Source: Bacilli bacterium
GTDB lineage: Bacteria > Bacillota_I > Bacilli_A > ML615J-28 > CAG-313
Direction of reading: 5' to 3'
NCBI GenBank assembly: GCA_900752975.1
Contig: CAADXH010000018.1
Location: forward strand, 124,695-188,694
Length of the DNA stretch: 64,000 bases
Shown in pieces: positions 27,771-38,107 of the stretch (position 1 is the stretch's first letter; every line of letters begins with the position of its first letter). Below the pieces are notes generated by a model. That model searched no databases. It was not told the DNA's origin and saw nothing but the letters and a program-made list of their open reading frames with translations. The translations under genes and the position numbers were made by a program.

Positions 27771-30700
27771 ATGAGTAGATATCCTGGCACTCAATTTAAA
27801 GTGCATGATAATTCTCAGGCTACAGCTGTTGTTCCTGTATCTAATGCCAATACCGCTGATGCAGTGCAATATTTAACTACCTTTGCATCTGTAAAGGGAC
27901 CTGAAGGAATTACTCTTACCTCTGGTGAAGACTTTTACACTAGATATGGTACTCAGGACAACATTGATTTTAAAAAGTATGGTCAACCGTTATTCCAAGC
28001 ATCTATGAATGTAAATAATGGTGCAGCTTTACTTGCAAAAAGAGCAGTGTTAGATGATGCTTCTCTTGGTAATGCTACACTTGGTGTTGTATTAACTAAG
28101 TATAAGAATGCTAAGATTACTGTAGACGAAACATATCCAGAACTTATTAAGTCGATTACATTTGATGATAATAAGACTTCTAAATATTCGATCGCTCCTA
28201 TGGTATTTAGCATTGACAATGTAAATGAATATAAGTATGCTAAGTCTGAAGTTTCTGAATATAAAGAAAGATATGACTTATATAAGAATTATATTGAAGA
28301 CGTTATTGCCAATGAAAATACACCAAATGCTGAATTCTTAAATAAGCTTTATGGTAAAACAGAAAACGATGTAATCCTTAGTGGTTTTACTCAGTCTGTT
28401 TATTATAATAAAGACGGTAAGCTAGTTGATGTTGAAGCTGATGGTAAAGGCGATGTTCGCAAAGTAAGTTCCATTACAACTGGTTTGAACTATCAAGTTC
28501 AAAAGACTTTCTCTAGTAACTTTGATGCAGAAATGGATATCATTGATGCTGGTAAAGGTGTTAAAGGAACTGGAATCGATTCTACTAATCATATCAACGG
28601 ATGGACTATTTATCAACTTAAGAAATCAAAAGAAGAAGATGCTACTGCTGCTAAAATAAAGTTTGAATCTGTTATAACTCAAGTTACTTATAAAATGCCG
28701 GTCGAAAAGAATATTCCGATTGAAAGAATTATTTATTGTAAGGCCAATGAAGCAGAAGCTAAGTTAAAAGAAATTGTTGATGTACATCAAGATTGGTTAG
28801 ATGCTGATTTCGATGCTGATAATGCTAATATCTTTGCTGTTATCATTGATTCGGATGTAGCTACAACAGAAGTTAAGACACACGGTTATACTTCTACAAT
28901 TCGTCTTATGAATGACCTTATGGTTCAGAATAGTGGGTATGTAGAATGTGAATATGTATTCCCGATGTTCACTATCTTTGATAATGGTCGTGGTCAATCT
29001 ATTAAGTCGATTTCTATCGATTATGATGCAGCATCTTCTATGACACTTAAGAAGGCTTTGTATTCATTGTCTGTATATAACTATGCAACTGCTAAGAAAT
29101 TGGAGAAGTTCTCTTTCTCTTTGAATCCATATGCAAGAAACAATAATACTGGTTATTCTTTTGACATTGAATCTGCTGTTAATTATGTATCCAAACAGAT
29201 TTCTGTAAAGACTTATTATGAATCTTATGATGCATTGCTGGAAACATTGCAATTGATTATGGGTTCTAATGACAATACAATTATCGAAAGCAACGATATT
29301 CTGTTTGGTCATAAGTTGAATGGTTCTTATCCTGCATTCAATTCTTATCAGGTTTCTACAATCCTGAAGAGAAATACTTATATTTATGACTATGCACATT
29401 TGGATGTATTTGATAGTGATGTTATTACTGTAAATGCATATTGTGATAGCGATAATATGACACTTCTCCCAACTAAGGATTACGTGCCAAAGGTTAAGTA
29501 CTACTTTTATAACTATATCAGACAACAAAAAGGACTTCTTGAAAGACTTGAAATGGGTACTGATGGTTATTGTCTGTCTAGAACAGCAGATGCTGCAAAG
29601 ACTGAAAAAATTGTTCCATTCATCGTAATTGACGAATCTGATAATGTGTATAGTCAGGATGAATATGAAGCAATCTCAACTTTGATTATGCTTACTGGTC
29701 AGAAGAATGGTACTGTTATTTCTGCAACAGAAGGTGACATTGGTTTAGCACCTGTAGTAGCTAGTAACTTTATTGAAGTTATTCTTGGTTTGCGTGAAGT
29801 TGAATATTATGAGAATGGTACAAAATCTACTGATGGTAAGAAGTATCTGTTATCTCATAATGAAAATACTTTACATAAAGCAAATGTTCTAGAAAATGGT
29901 GCAAATATTCCGACTACATTTACTGGTTATGTATTCACAGCATCCACTGATATTACTCCAGTAACAGTATATGTTCCATATTCTAAGGACTTTATGTATC
30001 AAGAACATTATAGAAGATTCTTCTCTGGTGAATTTGATAAGGATATCTTCAATCTTGACGTATACTTCCCTAATGCAGTTTTCGATGCAAACTATTCTAC
30101 TAGAACAAAGCTTGCTATTCAGAGACTTGCTGCATATAGAGGTGACTTTATGTGCTATATGGATATGGGTATCGGTAATGTAAGTAGCTATGCTGATTGT
30201 TATGATATGATTCCATCTACTTCTGGTGGTTTGGAATTGACTGAAGAAAACAATAGTTATAGCTATGTAAGAGATATGCATATCGCATTGACTTGCTTAT
30301 ATTATAAGATTCGTAACCCATATGATAACAAGGTTATTTCTGTAACAGCAACTTATGGTCTATCGAACTTGTATATCAATCATTTTGCTAATGACGTAAG
30401 TAAGGTATTCGCTGGTATTTCTAACGGTATCACAATTAATAATGCTATCGAAGGTAGTATCAACTATATTCCTAAGATTTATCCAACTAGTGAAATGACA
30501 TCTCTGAATAACATCGGTGGTGTATATCCGTCTGAAGACGAAACTATTATTAATGAAAAGCAGCTTATGTGTGACCTTAAGGTTAACTATGGCTGTTATT
30601 ATGATGATAGATTCTCTATCGAAACTGAATATACCATGAATCCGACTGAAAGCGAATTCTCTTATTGGAATAACGTTGCTCTTGTATGCTTGATGATGCA

Positions 30701-30974
30701 GGCTATTAGAAAGGCTTGTCCATCTGCAAGATATCAGTTTATTACAGCAAATGATTTGTCTGTATATAAGAACGCTGTTGAAGCTGCAATGGAACCTTGG
30801 AAGAACAAGTTTGCTGATGTCAAGTTCAAGTATGTACAAGATGAAAACGCTGTCGAAAGTAAGATTTTCTATGCTGCTATCGAAGTTGTATTTAAGCCAT
30901 TTGCTCAAGCTGAAATCTTTGAACTAACTGCACTTAATTACTCTACTTTGTCTAGCACTATTACAAATGTATAA
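27771..30974 (+). CDS. large hypothetical virion-type protein (1067 aa)
   Basis: SD AAAGGAGGA; long uninterrupted ORF. Confidence 0.6.
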   Translation: MSRYPGTQFKVHDNSQATAVVPVSNANTADAVQYLTTFASVKGPEGITLTSGEDFYTRYGTQDNIDFKKYGQPLFQASMNVNNGAALLAKRAVLDDASLGNATLGVVLTKYKNAKITVDETYPELIKSITFDDNKTSKYSIAPMVFSIDNVNEYKYAKSEVSEYKERYDLYKNYIEDVIANENTPNAEFLNKLYGKTENDVILSGFTQSVYYNKDGKLVDVEADGKGDVRKVSSITTGLNYQVQKTFSSNFDAEMDIIDAGKGVKGTGIDSTNHINGWTIYQLKKSKEEDATAAKIKFESVITQVTYKMPVEKNIPIERIIYCKANEAEAKLKEIVDVHQDWLDADFDADNANIFAVIIDSDVATTEVKTHGYTSTIRLMNDLMVQNSGYVECEYVFPMFTIFDNGRGQSIKSISIDYDAASSMTLKKALYSLSVYNYATAKKLEKFSFSLNPYARNNNTGYSFDIESAVNYVSKQISVKTYYESYDALLETLQLIMGSNDNTIIESNDILFGHKLNGSYPAFNSYQVSTILKRNTYIYDYAHLDVFDSDVITVNAYCDSDNMTLLPTKDYVPKVKYYFYNYIRQQKGLLERLEMGTDGYCLSRTADAAKTEKIVPFIVIDESDNVYSQDEYEAISTLIMLTGQKNGTVISATEGDIGLAPVVASNFIEVILGLREVEYYENGTKSTDGKKYLLSHNENTLHKANVLENGANIPTTFTGYVFTASTDITPVTVYVPYSKDFMYQEHYRRFFSGEFDKDIFNLDVYFPNAVFDANYSTRTKLAIQRLAAYRGDFMCYMDMGIGNVSSYADCYDMIPSTSGGLELTEENNSYSYVRDMHIALTCLYYKIRNPYDNKVISVTATYGLSNLYINHFANDVSKVFAGISNGITINNAIEGSINYIPKIYPTSEMTSLNNIGGVYPSEDETIINEKQLMCDLKVNYGCYYDDRFSIETEYTMNPTESEFSYWNNVALVCLMMQAIRKACPSARYQFITANDLSVYKNAVEAAMEPWKNKFADVKFKYVQDENAVESKIFYAAIEVVFKPFAQAEIFELTALNYSTLSSTITNV

Positions 30975-30991
30975 GAAAGGAGGAATAGTCT

Positions 30992-32107
30992 ATGGCAACT
31001 CATAACACAGCCACTTCTGTAGCAAATAGTGGTGCATTTAAGGGATTGAAGACTCCTAGAGAACTTTTGAACTACAACCTTATGAGAGGCGTTACAGACT
31101 TCAGTAACCTGAAACAATGGGATTTGTATGAAAAAGGTTATCCATTCTTAGTAGTTGTTTCTATTCCTGACTTCTTGAAAGACTTAGCTGCTAGAGATGA
31201 TAATGTAAAAACTATCGTCAACAACTATGTCCATATTCTTGAAAATGACTTCCGTGGTATCGATAACATTGATAATATCACTGGTGAATCTGGTGGTGAA
31301 ATTACCAACGGTATTAGATCGATTCAATTGATTAATAAGGTTACCAAAGCTTCTAACTCTAACTTCTCGTTACAGTACTATGAACGTTCTGGTTCTATCC
31401 TTACTAAGGCACACGAACTATATCTAACTGGTATTAAAGACCCAGACACTCAGGTTAAGCATTATCATGGTCTTATCGACGACTGGGTTTTCAAGGGCAT
31501 TGATGGTCCAAACCGTAGTGGTAGTGACCCAGGTCCACATAGAGAATGCTTCACATTCATGTATTTCATCACTGATAATACAATGACTAAGATTGAACGT
31601 GCATTCTTGATTGCTGCTTGTCAACCTACAACTGCAAACTATGGTGATTTGTATAGTGGTAATAAGGGTGATATTACATTCGCTGAAATCTCCTTGTCGT
31701 TTAACGGATTCTTCATCAACAACGACTATGTATATCAGAAGGCTGAAGATATGTTGTTAGCTATGCGTAATCCTAAGAACCTCACCGATTCTAGAATTAT
31801 CGTTGATAGCAACAACTTTAGATATTCTGCAATTGCTAAAGCTGGTGTTGATGCAGGTAATGAAACTGATAAGTTCGCTACTCCGAATTATTGGAGTGAA
31901 AGTGAAGGTCGTGTTGTTTCTAGCGACGACATGAAGACCGTAATTTCGGATCCGACTGCTGCATATGTAGACTCAACTGATGCTCCTGGTACTTCTAATG
32001 GTAAACCTACCGGTGATTTGGATGTTTATAAGAACGTCGTATCTTCGATGCAAAGCAAAGAACATTTAACTGACGATACTTATAAAACTAGTGGTGATAA
32101 TAATTAA
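30992..32107 (+). CDS. hypothetical protein
   Basis: SD GAAAGGAGGAA; 371 aa. Confidence 0.6.
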   Translation: MATHNTATSVANSGAFKGLKTPRELLNYNLMRGVTDFSNLKQWDLYEKGYPFLVVVSIPDFLKDLAARDDNVKTIVNNYVHILENDFRGIDNIDNITGESGGEITNGIRSIQLINKVTKASNSNFSLQYYERSGSILTKAHELYLTGIKDPDTQVKHYHGLIDDWVFKGIDGPNRSGSDPGPHRECFTFMYFITDNTMTKIERAFLIAACQPTTANYGDLYSGNKGDITFAEISLSFNGFFINNDYVYQKAEDMLLAMRNPKNLTDSRIIVDSNNFRYSAIAKAGVDAGNETDKFATPNYWSESEGRVVSSDDMKTVISDPTAAYVDSTDAPGTSNGKPTGDLDVYKNVVSSMQSKEHLTDDTYKTSGDNN

Positions 32108-32114
32108 AATAAAT

Positions 32115-32148
32115 TCCCAGATGGAGAAATCCATCTGGGATATTTTTA
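32115..32148. terminator. bidirectional rho-independent terminator between convergent genes
   Basis: CCCAGATGGA-GAAA-TCCATCTGGG hairpin followed by TATTTTTATT. Confidence 0.7.
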
Positions 32149-34455
32149 TTCTTCACCACTATCTTCATTTGACTCAGCTGCAACTCGTTGCTTTGCTTTA
32201 TGTGCAATATCTTCAAGTTCAGGGATATTAAGATAAGAACCGAGATTAAATTTATTAATCTCACGAATTACTTCATTCTTTACCGGTTCTTCTTCATCAG
32301 GGTCAAGAATTAACTGTGCGACACTCTGAGAATATTCATTTACGTTTGTCATCATTTGGTTTGTATTTGTAATGTTCAAGAACATTGGAGGTGGTAAAAT
32401 TACAGAAGTTTGAATATTATCATCAAATTCATTATTATAAATTTTATTGAAAATACGAGTAAGATTCATCTGAAACTTACTCTGTCTATTATATACTTTT
32501 CTCAAGAACTTACTAGATGACATTGTTAACTGAGAAGAATAGTCTACAGTATTTCTCATCTGAATCATTTCCATCGGAACATCTGTACTATTTACAGACA
32601 TTTCTTCTAGCATTGTCATAAATTCAGTTTGATATTCTACCGATTGTCCTTGCATAACTTCAAAATCAATTGGAGAATTACCACTAGGACCTCTAGGAAT
32701 AATATAGTCATTAAACATACCTGTGATATTCAAGATATGGTTAATATTTTCAATTTGTCTGATACCAAAGTTACCTTTTTTAATTTGATTAATGGTATTA
32801 AGAAGTGTTTTAGATATATTTGTATCAACAGTCTGATTTACATAGTATACTCTTTTATCCTGTGCTCTAGTCATATTCCAAATTGCATGAGTAATATAAT
32901 TTGCACAATATAATGTAGCTGGGAACATTGCTTTATCTAAATCGGAAATACCTCTATGGGTATCTTCATTCATTTTGAAATAGACATGTTCCATATCATC
33001 TGGTGGGATAAATGTAACTCGAACCTTATTCATATGGGAACTATTATTATCATAATTAAACTTAAGAACTGTATAAATTTCGTTTCTTAAGTCTTGATTT
33101 GCATTGATAAATTTTGCATCGATGAAATTAGAAATTTGGTTTGCAATATAACGAATAATATTGTTTTGTTTTGTAGACTGGTCAAGCATACTATTTGTAG
33201 ACAAAATAGAATTAGAACCTTTTAAAGACATTGTAGGGTCTTGCATCTTATCATAATCACCTACCGGATTATATGGACCATCTACTTCAATATAATAATA
33301 TCCAAAACAATAATTTTCAATATAAATTGGAATAACATGTTTTCTTTCCAAAATCTTTACAATTGTACCTGGGACATTAATATATCTATCGTCTTTTGAT
33401 TTCTTCTTTGCTTTATTCTTATCTACTAATCCTTCTTGACCTCTGTCATCAAATCCTTCAAAAGACAAATCGTCTTTAATTGTCTTCTGGAATCTTCCCT
33501 TTACGACATCTCGTATATTATTAGCTGATTCTTCGATTGTTTCCTCAGAAAAATCTGCACCTTCGTAATTTAACGACATCTCGTTTAATGAACGAGATGC
33601 TTTTTCAAATCGCATAATATTTTCTACAACAGAATTAATTGCACCTGTATAACATTCAAGTTGTATATTGTTTAATCCAGCTTGTTCAAACATTTCTGGT
33701 GTAATTTCTTTTGGTAATTTATCCATTTCAATATTACCAGATTCTGTAATAATTGTGTGCTCTTTAATATCCAATTCAGCACGAGTATTATTCTTTTGCT
33801 TTAATAATCTTGCTACGGCTTTCTTATATGGAACAATATATACAAATGCTTCTCCATACTTAGAAGCCTGGTCATAGATTTCATCAGTTAAATCCTGGAA
33901 TTTATATGTTTCCTTAATAAACTTAATATGTTCATTATAAGTTTCAGAATCATTTGTAATACTTGAAGAAGTCACATTGATAAAGTCTTTAGAAAAATGG
34001 TCAGCAGATAATACATTATCTTTTCTAGTATCCAACGCTTCTTGTAATCTTGGCATATATTTAAGAATCGTATCAATCTTATTATCATAATCAAATACAG
34101 TAGTTGTATCATTAATAAAGCCCATTAATCCAGCTTCAATAACTTGACTGTCGTTAATAAGAGATTCAAGACTTTGTCCACCTTCTTTATTTCCAGGTTT
34201 AATAGAACTTCCTTGTTGTTGCATTCTAGAATAGAGTGTACTCATTGTACCTCTACCAGTATTATCCATATTAACCGATACAATATTATCTATAGAAGAG
34301 TCTAGTTTATTCTTAATCGATTCAAGGTCTTGTTTATTAGATGCTTGTGAATAGTATGTTTTACTATATAGATTATCTAGACTATTTTGAATTGTATTAG
34401 AAAGTCTATTGATAATACTAGTAGATGATCTTTTCTTTTCATCCTTTTTAGCCAT
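32146..34455 (-). CDS. large hypothetical protein (769 aa); structural candidate
   Basis: SD AAAAGGAGGT; driven by the promoter-motif half of cassette copy B. Confidence 0.55.
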   Translation of the reverse strand: MAKKDEKKRSSTSIINRLSNTIQNSLDNLYSKTYYSQASNKQDLESIKNKLDSSIDNIVSVNMDNTGRGTMSTLYSRMQQQGSSIKPGNKEGGQSLESLINDSQVIEAGLMGFINDTTTVFDYDNKIDTILKYMPRLQEALDTRKDNVLSADHFSKDFINVTSSSITNDSETYNEHIKFIKETYKFQDLTDEIYDQASKYGEAFVYIVPYKKAVARLLKQKNNTRAELDIKEHTIITESGNIEMDKLPKEITPEMFEQAGLNNIQLECYTGAINSVVENIMRFEKASRSLNEMSLNYEGADFSEETIEESANNIRDVVKGRFQKTIKDDLSFEGFDDRGQEGLVDKNKAKKKSKDDRYINVPGTIVKILERKHVIPIYIENYCFGYYYIEVDGPYNPVGDYDKMQDPTMSLKGSNSILSTNSMLDQSTKQNNIIRYIANQISNFIDAKFINANQDLRNEIYTVLKFNYDNNSSHMNKVRVTFIPPDDMEHVYFKMNEDTHRGISDLDKAMFPATLYCANYITHAIWNMTRAQDKRVYYVNQTVDTNISKTLLNTINQIKKGNFGIRQIENINHILNITGMFNDYIIPRGPSGNSPIDFEVMQGQSVEYQTEFMTMLEEMSVNSTDVPMEMIQMRNTVDYSSQLTMSSSKFLRKVYNRQSKFQMNLTRIFNKIYNNEFDDNIQTSVILPPPMFLNITNTNQMMTNVNEYSQSVAQLILDPDEEEPVKNEVIREINKFNLGSYLNIPELEDIAHKAKQRVAAESNEDSGEE

Positions 34456-34504
34456 ATAGTATACCTCCTTTTAATATTTACTAAATTGTTGAAATGAGTA
34501 AATT

Positions 34505-34672
34505 GTAATGACTTTGTAAAACTGCGTATATTCACTTATATATAATTATAGTGAATAGAGATAGTAATATAAGCTATATTCTATATCGAAAACAGGTTGA
34601 TGCATACCTGAAACCTCAAGCATCAGACGTAGAAACTCTACGTTCCCAGGGTGAAGGGAAAAGGCTATTATC
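34505..34672. promoter_or_regulatory. bidirectional promoter + conserved 5' leader cassette, copy B
   Basis: Reverse complement matches 21066-21232. The motif half (34514-34557) faces 32146-34455. The leader half (34576-34672) abuts the ATG of 34673. Confidence 0.65.
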
Positions 34673-35122
34673 ATGACCAACACAACTACTGCAACAAACA
34701 ATGCAATCGCTTCCGCTACGACAAACGGCTTTACCTTTGAAGCTGTGCTGAATGAAGTATCAGTTACTGATACAATGCACGCTACAATGGTAGAAACAAT
34801 GTTCAACATTGTTGTCACCAACACAGTAAGAAAGGGGGTACATGTTACCGAAAACTATCTCAAAAGAATGAACGAAACGTTCGAAAAGTTTTTAAAAGCA
34901 ACCAAAATCAAATATGTCAAGTCGGATATCGATCTTGACAGAACATTTGATGAAAAAACATTCATCTTTGAAGCAGACAAAGATGAATGGGAAGAAAATG
35001 CAATCAGCTTGATTGCATTATTAAAGAAAGAAAGAATCACATTTGACGAAAATACAGAAGAAGGATTTATCTGCTATGATGAATCTCAGAATTCTGAAAA
35101 AGATTTAATTATCGTCGAATAA
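34673..35122 (+). CDS. hypothetical protein (Thr/Ala-rich N-terminus)
   Basis: Directly follows the conserved leader; 149 aa. Confidence 0.5.
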   Translation: MTNTTTATNNAIASATTNGFTFEAVLNEVSVTDTMHATMVETMFNIVVTNTVRKGVHVTENYLKRMNETFEKFLKATKIKYVKSDIDLDRTFDEKTFIFEADKDEWEENAISLIALLKKERITFDENTEEGFICYDESQNSEKDLIIVE

Positions 35123-35143
35123 GAATTTCAACTGAAAAAGATA

Positions 35144-35178
35144 AGAACGCACTATTGCCAAGTGCGTTCTTTTTTTGT
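35144..35178. terminator. rho-independent terminator
   Basis: AGAACGCACT-ATTGCCA-AGTGCGTTCT hairpin followed by TTTTTTT. Confidence 0.7.
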
Positions 35179-35801
35179 TATAAACATAAAAATTTCATAA
35201 AGGTTCTTACGTCTTTAGATTTGTGGGATATGAATTCTACTAGAAAATACGAATTACCATTTGTATAATATATCTTAGCATCTAAGTCTGTCTTCTTAGT
35301 TCCAGGAAGCATATTCGGAGCCAAGTAGATAGCTCGATTATCTAAAATATATTTTGATACTCCATCAGCAGCTTTGTTTAATAATACATTGTTGTAAAAC
35401 ATTTCGTCATTATTAAGACCAGATATATTTTTTATATCATTAGCAGTTGCGATGTCCATAACAATCGATTTTAAAGAATTCAAAGCTTTCTCGAATAACT
35501 GGATTGCATTAAACTTTGTGATATAATCCATATTCTCAAGAACCCCAACTTCTGTTTCATATCCAACTGTCTTTCCTAAGATTGCATTAACTGAATACAT
35601 CTTGTTTAGATACTTCTCATGAATGTTATCACAATTAATCAAAATCACACTTCCAGGATTATTAACAAACAAAACATCTCCAAGTGTATTATCTCTTATG
35701 ATATAGAAATATTCGTTGGTAGATTTTAGTTTCATATCTTTTATATATGGTATAAAAATCTTCCCACTATTTTTCAGTTCTTCTCCAAATATGTTATCCA
35801 T
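35178..35801 (-). CDS. hypothetical protein
   Basis: SD TAAGGAG; 207 aa. Confidence 0.55.
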   Translation of the reverse strand: MDNIFGEELKNSGKIFIPYIKDMKLKSTNEYFYIIRDNTLGDVLFVNNPGSVILINCDNIHEKYLNKMYSVNAILGKTVGYETEVGVLENMDYITKFNAIQLFEKALNSLKSIVMDIATANDIKNISGLNNDEMFYNNVLLNKAADGVSKYILDNRAIYLAPNMLPGTKKTDLDAKIYYTNGNSYFLVEFISHKSKDVRTFMKFLCL

Positions 35802-35804
35802 TTA

Positions 35805-37841
35805 TTATGCTCCAATCTCCTTAGGCTTACTATACAAATAACCATCCTTAAGACTATTATAGATTTCAGTAAAGTTATTAAAATCAGACTTATCGAAATC
35901 AAATTTAGGTTGTTCAAATACAGACTTATCTCCACAAGCCATTGCATTAACAATCTTCAAATCTCGTTTATTTTTACAATTAATAAACAATCCACGATTA
36001 TCAACTTCTGGTTTTCTGGATACATCGTCAAAATCATGATACGTCAATATACCATTCGGTCGTCTTACTGTTGTGAAATACTCAATGATGTCATCATACA
36101 TTTCTTCATAACCAGCAAAATGGAACCAACGACTAAAGAATTCAATCCAGTTATGTGACTGTAAATCATCCATGAATTGAGCTTCTCTTCTCCATTTGAT
36201 TTCATCTCTATGAAATCTATTTTCAAATTCATATACCTTTTCTGGGATATTAACATGCCCAATCAATGTCGTCTGCGACATGTTAAATTCAGATGTGATT
36301 GATGGATACAAAGACTTATAATCAAAGTCATCCAGATTATTAAAGATAGATACTGGAATACCATTAATTCTCATCTTAGAATAATCACTATTATATTTCG
36401 GGTCTGCAACAAATGCACCTGGGAATTTTTCTTTCGGTGTATTCTGATTTGTATTATTACCCATAATCATTCCATATCTATAATATGACTTTGCTGCTCG
36501 ATTCTTAAGATATACAGTTTGACGATATATTTTTGACCAACGAGTATTGTCTAACAATACATTATTATATGCAGAGTCAATATCATTTACTTTAAACTCT
36601 ATACAATACTGTACAATTGTATCCATAATATTATAGAATACGAATGTTTCATAATCTTTATATGGTAATTCTGCAAGTTTCGTTGTAATATGACTATAAT
36701 CAAGTTTCTTTACACCACAAGTAATCTGTCCGATATAATCCAACTTATAATTCTCAATCGCTTTTTGTCCCTTTCGTCTAGACGCAAAATGAATCATCTG
36801 ATCAAGATACACCGAATATGAACTAATCTTTGCGAAGTCATTTCTTTCTTCATAATTAAACTTATTCTTCTCATCAATAAAGTAATTTACTTCTTTATAT
36901 CTGAAATCTGGATGACACATAATATCCTTTGGATTATATCCAAGATTGATAATTCGTTGGATGATATACGGAATATCGAATGCCATGTTCCATGCTAGCA
37001 CAGTATCTGGTTTGATATTGTTAATATAATTGAATAGGTGTTTTAATAAAACAATCTCATCTTCTTCATCATAGAAATGAAATTGAACAGTCATCTTATC
37101 AATCTTATACTTACAAGCTTGTTTCTCTCCACCAACCGCATCGATTAAGAATTGTCGTAATCGCATATTCAATGATGGTTTATTACATTCTTTTTCAAAT
37201 TTCTCAATCAATGGATTCTCTTTATTTCGTAATAAGAATGAATGAACAACCAAGGACTGATCATCAATAAATGATACTGCATTGATTGGACATTCACCAA
37301 GTTCTACGAATTCACCCTTACAATCAATTGTATCAGCTTCAATATCAAGAAATGATTTCGATGGTTTGGTATAACTATTCTCATATGAGTTCGCAAATTG
37401 AAACCTGATGTTATCTTCAATATCCATATCAGACATCAGGATCGCTGGGTTATAATTACATAACACTTTATTTGCAGCTCGATTCCGATTACGAATGTTT
37501 TCAAAGAACTCATTTGTTTTTCCTAATCGGTCTGCAATGTCTTTTTGAAGAGATATAAACGGCGTGATGATTCGTTTACAATCTTCTTTCATTGCATATT
37601 CCAAAGTATATCTTGGAACTTCTTTTCCATCAAGTAGCATATAATATTCATACTCAGGATTAATTATTGTTTCCAAAAACTTTTCACCTGACCGAATATC
37701 TTTGATAATCAAATCAATTGCCGGTGATAACCATTTCCCATTCGGATCTTTCTTTGGGTAATGGTAAATCGTGTTTAATAAAGATAACGGATATCCTTTT
37801 GGATATTGACCTATCAAAAAATCATCTTCGTAATATTTCAT
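35805..37841 (-). CDS. family B DNA polymerase, N-terminal part (3'-5' exonuclease domain + polymerase motif A)
   Basis: Exo I FLDIEAD; Exo II AWNMAFDIPY; motif A DFDYKSLYPSI. The ORF stops about 170 aa after motif A, and motifs B and C are absent. SD TAGGAGGC. Confidence 0.75.
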   Translation of the reverse strand: MKYYEDDFLIGQYPKGYPLSLLNTIYHYPKKDPNGKWLSPAIDLIIKDIRSGEKFLETIINPEYEYYMLLDGKEVPRYTLEYAMKEDCKRIITPFISLQKDIADRLGKTNEFFENIRNRNRAANKVLCNYNPAILMSDMDIEDNIRFQFANSYENSYTKPSKSFLDIEADTIDCKGEFVELGECPINAVSFIDDQSLVVHSFLLRNKENPLIEKFEKECNKPSLNMRLRQFLIDAVGGEKQACKYKIDKMTVQFHFYDEEDEIVLLKHLFNYINNIKPDTVLAWNMAFDIPYIIQRIINLGYNPKDIMCHPDFRYKEVNYFIDEKNKFNYEERNDFAKISSYSVYLDQMIHFASRRKGQKAIENYKLDYIGQITCGVKKLDYSHITTKLAELPYKDYETFVFYNIMDTIVQYCIEFKVNDIDSAYNNVLLDNTRWSKIYRQTVYLKNRAAKSYYRYGMIMGNNTNQNTPKEKFPGAFVADPKYNSDYSKMRINGIPVSIFNNLDDFDYKSLYPSITSEFNMSQTTLIGHVNIPEKVYEFENRFHRDEIKWRREAQFMDDLQSHNWIEFFSRWFHFAGYEEMYDDIIEYFTTVRRPNGILTYHDFDDVSRKPEVDNRGLFINCKNKRDLKIVNAMACGDKSVFEQPKFDFDKSDFNNFTEIYNSLKDGYLYSKPKEIGA

Positions 37842-38107
37842 ATTTAGCCTCCTAATCATCAACGAACGTAATACGTTCTTTCAATCTATTTATATATTTG
37901 TTTTCTCTGATGTAAAAGAAAAAATTATCTCCACAGAATGAACTGTGGAGATATCCAAATAAAATTAACAAGAGGAAAACAAACAAACTTCACAAGAGGA
38001 AAATCATGTCAACCAGATTTAAGGTCTTCCAACCTTATTTAAATGTTAACAAATATTAACGATTTATAAGAAAAACATCTCTATAAAATCACAAAGGAGG
38101 AAATAAC

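Noticed and set aside
28422-30908. Minus-strand ORFs of 64-182 aa inside the 27771-30974 gene
   Set aside because: They are antisense shadow ORFs with no SD and Ile/Cys/Asn-rich junk composition.
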